Origin: a phage
Strand: one strand, 5' to 3'
Length of the DNA stretch: 64,000 bases
Assembly (NCBI GenBank): GCA_025677605.1
Contig: GCA_025677605.1_4110.1
Below, piece after piece: positions 58,605-64,000 of this stretch. The notes beneath the pieces are model-generated. The model was not told the origin of the DNA. It did no database searches and was given only the letters and a program-made list of their open reading frames with translations. Both the position numbers and the translations under genes were made by a program. Numbering within the stretch: the stretch's first letter is position 1; each line of letters starts with the position of its first letter.

Positions 58605-58946
58605 TCAGTACTCAATAATGTGTTCTTCATAAGCACTATTAGGCTCCTGTTTAGTTTCTTTTATTAGTACTATCATCTTATGTGCCAATGGCATAGGAAA
58701 CTCTAAATCCCATACTAATGATTCTTGAAAGTATTCTTCTTCAGATAAAGTACTTAAATCTTCAATGTCAATGTGTTCGTACATGTTATATTTGTAATCA
58801 GCAAAAGATATATAAAAACCTCTTGTAGAATCGTAAGTAATCGTGAATGGCTTACCTTTGTAGTCCATTACATCTTTACATAGACTGCATTTGATATATG
58901 TACTTGCAAATGATTTATAAACCTTAAGTTGAATATTAGTTTTCAT
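58605..58946 (-). CDS. FQ-family paralog, hypothetical
   Basis: Motif EEEYFQESLVW. Confidence 0.55.
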   Translation of the reverse strand: MKTNIQLKVYKSFASTYIKCSLCKDVMDYKGKPFTITYDSTRGFYISFADYKYNMYEHIDIEDLSTLSEEEYFQESLVWDLEFPMPLAHKMIVLIKETKQEPNSAYEEHIIEY

Positions 58947-58948
58947 TT

Positions 58949-59170
58949 TTAAACACCTATTCCATTAGCAATAGCAGTACTTAACGCTAACAAATACTTC
59001 TGTACTGCTTGCTCTTGATGATCTGTACCTAAAAGTATATACACCCATAATTCACTGTAGTGTACATCTTCTGTATAAGGGTTGTTGTAACTTTTTGATA
59101 ATATAGCATCAAATTCAGATGCATGAACCCTTGTGAACTTAAGAATATCTTGTTGTGTTATGATTCTCAT
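58949..59170 (-). CDS. GTNYQ-family small protein, hypothetical
   Basis: Motif ILLGTDHQEQ. Confidence 0.5.
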   Translation of the reverse strand: MRIITQQDILKFTRVHASEFDAILSKSYNNPYTEDVHYSELWVYILLGTDHQEQAVQKYLLALSTAIANGIGV

Positions 59171-59382
59171 AGCTTTTCCTGTATAAGCTTCTTAAGTATT
59201 TCTATGTGTGAATTAACAGTTCTTTCTTGATGCTGTGTTCCTAAGAGTATCAGTACTATCATCTCTGAACGCAAAAGATTTTTTTCAAGTTCCCCTATAT
59301 CAGTTCTTGTATCAAGTACTAAAAATTTGTGATTATTCTTTCTGAATAGTTCTAAGTACTCTTGATTTGATATTGTCTTCAT
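59167..59382 (-). CDS. GTNYQ-family small protein, hypothetical
   Basis: Motif ILLGTQHQER. Confidence 0.5.
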   Translation of the reverse strand: MKTISNQEYLELFRKNNHKFLVLDTRTDIGELEKNLLRSEMIVLILLGTQHQERTVNSHIEILKKLIQEKL

Positions 59383-59609
59383 AGTTTATCCCTGATGCCA
59401 TTTAAAAGTGCTCTAATATGCTCCTGTACGAATTTGTACTGACTGTCTGTTCCTAGAGTGAGTAACAATCTTAAATCTGAACTTTTGATATGATATTCTA
59501 AATCATTATTTGATTCTTGCCTCAGTTTCTGAAAGGATGAGAAGTTTGCTGCCATTAGTTCAATGTATTCTGCTGTTCCTAGGGGTTTGTGTATGTGCTG
59601 TCTGTGCAT
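59379..59609 (-). CDS. GTNYQ-family small protein, hypothetical
   Basis: Motif LTLGTDSQYK. Confidence 0.5.
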   Translation of the reverse strand: MHRQHIHKPLGTAEYIELMAANFSSFQKLRQESNNDLEYHIKSSDLRLLLTLGTDSQYKFVQEHIRALLNGIRDKL

Positions 59610-59815
59610 TTTAATTGTATTACCCTTTTAAGTGTATTAATATAATCCACGATGATGTGTTCTTGATAGTTAGTTCCTATAGTAGCTAGAACATAGATTT
59701 CACTTATTAGAATATTTTTTTCATCCTGTGATAATTCTTCTGACCAGCTACGATGCAACTTTGGAATTAAACTACTTAATAGTTGGTTGTATTCAGTAGG
59801 TGAAATGATTTTCAT
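59579..59815 (-). CDS. GTNYQ-family small protein, hypothetical
   Basis: Motif ATIGTNYQEH. Confidence 0.5.
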   Translation of the reverse strand: MKIISPTEYNQLLSSLIPKLHRSWSEELSQDEKNILISEIYVLATIGTNYQEHIIVDYINTLKRVIQLKCTDSTYTNP

Positions 59816-60027
59816 TTACATCTTCTCAGTACTGATTCTTTAAGTTCATCGATGTAGTCCTCAACAAATTGTTCTTGTAGGTTTGTTCCGAGATGTAACA
59901 GTACTCTTAAATCTGCTCTAAGTACTTCTTTGTCATCTTCATCTATATCAGACAGTGATATGTTTAAGAATTTACTTGAATTCTCTATAAGTAATATTAC
60001 TTCATCACCTTCGCTTAAAATTTTCAT
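59812..60027 (-). CDS. GTNYQ-family small protein, hypothetical
   Basis: Motif LHLGTNLQEQ. Confidence 0.5.
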   Translation of the reverse strand: MKILSEGDEVILLIENSSKFLNISLSDIDEDDKEVLRADLRVLLHLGTNLQEQFVEDYIDELKESVLRRCK

Positions 60028-60239
60028 AATCTTTGTGTTTTCCTCGACAGTAGGTACAGGTAACGTTCAGTGCATTGTTCTTGATAGTTTGTTCCTAATA
60101 AATGAACTAATTGTTGTTCAGCTATAGAAAGCTGTTTATCTTCATAACAAGCGTATCGTTGTTTCCTATGGTATTCTTTATTGATAACATCAAGGATGAT
60201 AACACCGTATTCGTCATCTGTCAAGTGTTTCATGTGCAT
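60024..60239 (-). CDS. GTNYQ-family small protein, hypothetical
   Basis: Motif HLLGTNYQEQ. Confidence 0.5.
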   Translation of the reverse strand: MHMKHLTDDEYGVIILDVINKEYHRKQRYACYEDKQLSIAEQQLVHLLGTNYQEQCTERYLYLLSRKTQRL

Positions 60240-60471
60240 TTCTTTTTCTTATATGTTTAGTTAAAAGGTATATTAGTTTTCTTACGTACTCGTCTTGATA
60301 GTTAGTCCCTAATAGTGCAAGAAGTTTTGCTTCAACTAAAGCTAATTGTCGTTCTTCAAATGTGTGTTCCAGAATGTACTTGGGGTTTGATTTTTTAGAA
60401 ATTGCACTATTAGTCTTCATTATAATCTTATGATATTCATTGACTGTTAAGATTTTTATATATTTGGTCAT
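60214..60471 (-). CDS. GTNYQ-family small protein, hypothetical
   Basis: Motif ALLGTNYQDE. Confidence 0.5.
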   Translation of the reverse strand: MTKYIKILTVNEYHKIIMKTNSAISKKSNPKYILEHTFEERQLALVEAKLLALLGTNYQDEYVRKLIYLLTKHIRKRNAHETLDR

Positions 60472-60727
60472 GTATCTTTTCCTGAATAGTCATTTTAAGA
60501 TATCTAAGAATCGATCGAACATAATACTCCTGTCTATCGGTTCCAAGAAAGTACAGGAGTTGTTGATATAATACTTCTGCACTCCTTGCAGCAGGGGTTT
60601 GATTTGGGTCTTTTGGAAGTTGATTTGTATGTTTTCTGGATTTAATTATTCTTTCTTTTATTTCATCGTCTGTTAAGTATATCATTTGCATTTTATGTTC
60701 CTCACATGAATTGTTTGGATTAAACAT
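60437..60727 (-). CDS. GTNYQ-family small protein, hypothetical
   Basis: Motif YFLGTDRQEY. Confidence 0.5.
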   Translation of the reverse strand: MFNPNNSCEEHKMQMIYLTDDEIKERIIKSRKHTNQLPKDPNQTPAARSAEVLYQQLLYFLGTDRQEYYVRSILRYLKMTIQEKIHDQIYKNLNSQ

Positions 60728-60918
60728 TCAATCCAAGATGTAACATATCTTGTTTGATATTGTGTGCCTAAGAGACTCTGCATTTTAAACTCTGCTTCAA
60801 GTTCATATCTCTTTTCTATCGTAAAGCTTAAATGACCATATTCTGCATCGTATCTTCTCAGTGATTCCCCAATTCTATCAAATCTTTCTGCTAAGTTGAT
60901 GTTATTCACAGTATTCAT
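60682..60918 (-). CDS. GTNYQ-family small protein, hypothetical
   Basis: Motif SLLGTQYQTR. Confidence 0.5.
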   Translation of the reverse strand: MNTVNNINLAERFDRIGESLRRYDAEYGHLSFTIEKRYELEAEFKMQSLLGTQYQTRYVTSWIECLIQTIHVRNIKCK

Positions 60919-61178
60919 CGATCAGTACACCTCAGTGGTTGGGTCATTTGATAAAAGTACAGCTTACCTCTGATTTCCATTAACAACTCGGCTATGACGC
61001 GATTTACTTCTGTCTCTTGATAGTTTGTTCCTAAGAAGACACCCATCTTTAACTCACGATGCATAATCATCTTCTTACTGTGTTGAATTTCTTGGCTGTA
61101 ATAGATTGCATTACGTTTAGGTGAGATTTTTGCTAGTCGCTCGTTATATTCATCTTGACTTAAATTAATCATTTGCAT
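60915..61178 (-). CDS. GTNYQ-family small protein, hypothetical
   Basis: Motif VFLGTNYQET. Confidence 0.5.
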   Translation of the reverse strand: MQMINLSQDEYNERLAKISPKRNAIYYSQEIQHSKKMIMHRELKMGVFLGTNYQETEVNRVIAELLMEIRGKLYFYQMTQPLRCTDR

Positions 61179-61393
61179 TTACTTTGGACCTCATTTTGAA
61201 GTGCATTAATGACCTTCAGTACAGCACTCGCTTGATAGTTTGTTCCTAAGACTGAAAGCATCTTGATCTCATTTACTACAATCCACTTATTTGATTGTTC
61301 AATAATGTGACTTTCATAAATGGCCTTGCGTAATGAATAAGTTTTTGCAAGACGTACATAATATTCATCTTTACTTAAATTAATCATTTGCAT
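61169..61393 (-). CDS. GTNYQ-family small protein, hypothetical
   Basis: Motif SVLGTNYQAS. Confidence 0.5.
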   Translation of the reverse strand: MQMINLSKDEYYVRLAKTYSLRKAIYESHIIEQSNKWIVVNEIKMLSVLGTNYQASAVLKVINALQNEVQSKCK

Positions 61394-61602
61394 TTACTTT
61401 TAACCTCTTTCTGGAGTGCATCAATCCATAGGTCTATATACGTTTGTTGATAGTTTGTGCCTAAGAGTGCCTCTACATAGAGTTCAGCTACCTTTGCGTG
61501 CTTTAGGTCAACAGGGATGCTCTTATCGCTTGATAACATTCTCCTTCTGCTGGTGCATGTTTTCAGAAGCCTGATGTATTCAACACCTTGTAATTTTCTC
61601 AT
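61384..61602 (-). CDS. GTNYQ-family small protein, hypothetical
   Basis: Motif ALLGTNYQQT. Confidence 0.5.
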   Translation of the reverse strand: MRKLQGVEYIRLLKTCTSRRRMLSSDKSIPVDLKHAKVAELYVEALLGTNYQQTYIDLWIDALQKEVKSKCK

Positions 61603-61814
61603 TCTCTGGATATCACCTTGTTACGTAGACTTGCTAACCATGCGTCAGTATAGATGTTTTGATAGTTTGTCCCAATGAAGATAGATAGCTTCATTTCAGT
61701 TATTATAACACATTTGTCCACTTGTGCAATAGATTTGTTTAAAGAAATACTAGAAACTTTTGCTTGTATAGTTCGCAACAGCCTGTAATATTCATACCCA
61801 CTAAGGATTTTCAT
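61599..61814 (-). CDS. GTNYQ-family small protein, hypothetical
   Basis: Motif IFIGTNYQNI. Confidence 0.5.
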   Translation of the reverse strand: MKILSGYEYYRLLRTIQAKVSSISLNKSIAQVDKCVIITEMKLSIFIGTNYQNIYTDAWLASLRNKVISRE

Positions 61815-62061
61815 TCTCTCGTCTCCAGACTTCCGTTCTTATATGTTGTTGATATGCTTCCAGATAGTTCTCTATTGCCTTAGAGATTGTTTGTGTATCG
61901 TCGCCCGTCATCAGTACAAGCATCTCTGCTTCACAGTGTATAAGTCTGCTAATATCATTAGTGAGTTTATCAGATACCGTATCATAGTGTTTGTGGATTA
62001 GTTTCTGAAATAGTTTAACGTACATAATGTGATTTATTCTGGATCGCATTGTCTTTTCCAT
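61801..62061 (-). CDS. GTNYQ-family small protein (diverged), hypothetical
   Basis: Motif LMTGDDTQTI. Confidence 0.45.
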   Translation of the reverse strand: MEKTMRSRINHIMYVKLFQKLIHKHYDTVSDKLTNDISRLIHCEAEMLVLMTGDDTQTISKAIENYLEAYQQHIRTEVWRRENENP

Positions 62062-62285
62062 TCTCTTTTGGCCTGTCGGGTTTTATACGCTACAAGGTTT
62101 CTTAGTGCATTGATATAACGATCAGTGAAGATATCTTGTTTATTAGTTCCAACGAATTTAAGAAGAAACACGTCACCATTAACTACATCATTCTCAGGGG
62201 AAGGATAAAGTTCATTGTTCTTGCGAAGGGTGTTTAGTAAAGAGAATAGGGCAGATTGATACTCAGTGCTTGATAATACTTTCAT
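62034..62285 (-). CDS. GTNYQ-family small protein, hypothetical
   Basis: Motif KFVGTNKQDI. Confidence 0.5.
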   Translation of the reverse strand: MKVLSSTEYQSALFSLLNTLRKNNELYPSPENDVVNGDVFLLKFVGTNKQDIFTDRYINALRNLVAYKTRQAKREWKRQCDPE

Positions 62286-62509
62286 TAGTTCATTCCCTTT
62301 CTTTCTATATGTTTCATAAGAACATTAAGATACTCACCCACAAACCTATTCTGATACTGCGTCCCCATGAATTCAAACAGCCATACTTCAGCAACCATTT
62401 CTTCAATTTCATTCCAAGATAAGTACATCATAGTGAAGTAAATGTGGTTCTCTTTTTGAGATGCACTCCTTGAGCGAGCCTCGTATTCAAAGTTATTAAT
62501 GCAGTTCAT
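62285..62509 (-). CDS. GTNYQ-family small protein, hypothetical
   Basis: Motif EFMGTQYQNR. Confidence 0.5.
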   Translation of the reverse strand: MNCINNFEYEARSRSASQKENHIYFTMMYLSWNEIEEMVAEVWLFEFMGTQYQNRFVGEYLNVLMKHIERKGMN

Positions 62510-62718
62510 AGTTTACTCCTGATGTATTTCTCAAGAGCTATTAGATACTCTTGGACATAAGATTTCTGGTGGTCAGTTCCTAAGAAGACACCCAGAAGTA
62601 ATTCTTTTTCCATAACTTTTGATAAGTATACATCATCCCTGTCTGCATATATCAGCAAGATTTCAATCTGCTTAGAATTGTAACGTTTCCTATATTGCTC
62701 TGGTGTTAATATAATCAT
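62506..62718 (-). CDS. GTNYQ-family small protein, hypothetical
   Basis: Motif VFLGTDHQKS. Confidence 0.5.
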   Translation of the reverse strand: MIILTPEQYRKRYNSKQIEILLIYADRDDVYLSKVMEKELLLGVFLGTDHQKSYVQEYLIALEKYIRSKL

Positions 62719-62924
62719 AGTTTACTCTTTATATCTTCAATTAAAAATCCAATACAATCATTGACATACTCTTCCTGAAAGTTAGTCCCCAGTACAGCCA
62801 ACATGCGATACTCTGCTGACCTTATCGCTCTTTCAGTTTTTGGTAAGTTACGTGGTATAGTTACCATCAATTCAAGATACTCCACCATACGACTCAATGC
62901 TTGTCTTTGTGTTATAGTTTTCAT
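62715..62924 (-). CDS. GTNYQ-family small protein, hypothetical
   Basis: Motif AVLGTNFQEE. Confidence 0.5.
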   Translation of the reverse strand: MKTITQRQALSRMVEYLELMVTIPRNLPKTERAIRSAEYRMLAVLGTNFQEEYVNDCIGFLIEDIKSKL

Positions 62925-63121
62925 AATTTACACCTCGCTCGTATGTCAGCTTTCAAAGATTCCAAATAGTGCGTTACCCACACTTCCTGATAGTTGGTTC
63001 CCATCGTAATCAACAGGTACAACTCAACTCTTTCTAAGTGCACATTGCTTTGGTAAATCCTTGCCGTGTTTTTACGTAGTATATGATGATATTCATCTTG
63101 GGTTAATGTACGCATTTTCAT
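62921..63121 (-). CDS. GTNYQ-family small protein, hypothetical
   Basis: Motif ITMGTNYQEV. Confidence 0.5.
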   Translation of the reverse strand: MKMRTLTQDEYHHILRKNTARIYQSNVHLERVELYLLITMGTNYQEVWVTHYLESLKADIRARCKL

Positions 63122-63315
63122 AGTTTACCATTTATCTCTAAACATAACTCTTTTACATATAGTTTAACATATTCATTTTGTAAGTTAGTTCCTAAGAATA
63201 GTTCCATAACTAATTCACGTTTATAGGCATTACCACGTTTATGAGACTTATACATTATCATAGCCATGTTATTGATAAGTCTTTCGTGATGCTCTTCTTG
63301 TGTTAAAATACGCAT
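63118..63315 (-). CDS. GTNYQ-family small protein, hypothetical
   Basis: Motif LFLGTNLQNE. Confidence 0.5.
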   Translation of the reverse strand: MRILTQEEHHERLINNMAMIMYKSHKRGNAYKRELVMELFLGTNLQNEYVKLYVKELCLEINGKL

Positions 63316-63342
63316 AGGGCAAATTCCATAGGTTCATATATG

Positions 63343-63371
63343 AAAAAACATCATACCCCATATGAGGCATG
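63343..63371 (-). terminator. putative rho-independent terminator
   Basis: Imperfect hairpin (G-U pairs on minus-strand RNA) at 63352-63371 followed by UUUUUU. Confidence 0.4.
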
Positions 63372-63381
63372 ATGTCAAGTG

Positions 63382-63966
63382 TTAAAGCTTACCCATGTAA
63401 GTAAGTTCTTCCATAATAAATTTTAGTCCAGCTTCGTCGGTGAGTTCAGTACAGCCATCTTTGATTTTAACATGTTGCATATGATTAATTAAATTAGTAT
63501 ACTTCAACATATCCTCAAGGTCAGCAGCTTCAACTGAGTTTTCAAACAGTACAGCTATGATTTCTTCAGAATCGAACCTATTGTTATATTTGAATAGTTC
63601 ACGACGATTTGTTAAATTATGAGTAACTCCGTATTTGTAAACAACTTCACTATTGTGGATGAACTTATTGACATAGAAATAAGCTTCATGCGAACCATTG
63701 AATGTCTTACGCTTATAACAATCTGGGCAGTTTGTTATATTACCATTTTCAACTATATGACACATTTTTCGTTCAAAAATACAACCACATTTACATTCAA
63801 GATTGCATGTGTAATTACCATATACTCCATGTCTATTTGATTTACCTGACGGAATATACCCATTACATCTTATATCATTTCCCTGAAATTCTAGAATGCA
63901 ATTAGCAACGTAAACTATATCTTTATCAGTATATCGTATACGAGAAATATTATTAGCTTTCATCAA
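63382..63966 (-). CDS. Cys-rich putative zinc-binding protein (194 aa)
   Basis: Cluster CNGY...CNLECKCGC...CHIVENGN...CPDC in N-terminal half; possibly nuclease-like but fold not recognised. Confidence 0.5.
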   Translation of the reverse strand: MMKANNISRIRYTDKDIVYVANCILEFQGNDIRCNGYIPSGKSNRHGVYGNYTCNLECKCGCIFERKMCHIVENGNITNCPDCYKRKTFNGSHEAYFYVNKFIHNSEVVYKYGVTHNLTNRRELFKYNNRFDSEEIIAVLFENSVEAADLEDMLKYTNLINHMQHVKIKDGCTELTDEAGLKFIMEELTYMGKL

Positions 63967-64000
63967 ATAATTAGCTGACCTTGTAAGTAAAACACCATTA

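Noticed and set aside
29738-58946. Reading the E-x-x-Y-F-Q-x-S core as a TEV/3C-type protease cleavage site
   Set aside because: TEV-type sites are E-x-x-Y-x-Q followed directly by S/G; here an extra residue separates Q and S and the phage protease present is ClpP-like, not 3C-like. Kept only as a loose analogy.
44-63905. All plus-strand ORFs in the six-frame track (e.g. 44-232, 4283-4618, 38246-38740, 54459-54725)
   Set aside because: Each lies antisense within a longer minus-strand gene, none has a family relative or recognisable motif, and the minus-strand tiling is continuous; treated as shadow ORFs of an AT-rich genome.
1-64000. CRISPR arrays, integrase, transposase, IS elements, rRNA
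   Set aside because: No regularly spaced direct repeats with spacers, no recombinase-like ORFs, no rRNA-like sequence; window appears to be lytic-phage DNA only.

Overview
The window reads as a 64 kb stretch of an AT-rich, T4-like virulent phage genome. Every credible gene is on the minus strand, tightly packed, often with 1-8 nt start/stop overlaps; all plus-strand ORFs in the track look like antisense shadows. The first ~29 kb carries recognisable T4-type early/nucleotide-metabolism genes: the 5' part of dCMP deaminase (cd), a ClpP-like protease, two metallophosphatases, ATP-dependent DNA ligase (T4 gp30-like), polynucleotide kinase/phosphatase (pseT), RNA ligase 1 (rnlA), a Dam-like N6-adenine methyltransferase and an HxGH nucleotidyltransferase, interspersed with many small unknown ORFs and a 6-gene array of small paralogs. 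From ~29.7 kb to the window end the sequence is dominated by two large tandem paralog arrays that I do not recognise: about 48 genes of a 100-215 aa family with an EE-x-x-F-Q-x-S core motif, and about 25 genes of a ~70 aa family with an L-G-T-N-Y-Q motif. Embedded in the first array is a multi-TM methyl-accepting chemotaxis protein (MCP) homologue. Genome-wide, the palindrome AGTACT (often CAGTACTG) is strongly over-represented by my hand tally. A ~690 bp ORF-free, GC-elevated segment lies at 25.5-26.2 kb. No rRNA, tRNA, CRISPR array, integrase or transposase was found. Function calls rest on motifs read by eye and on T4 protein sequences recalled from memory; no database search was run.
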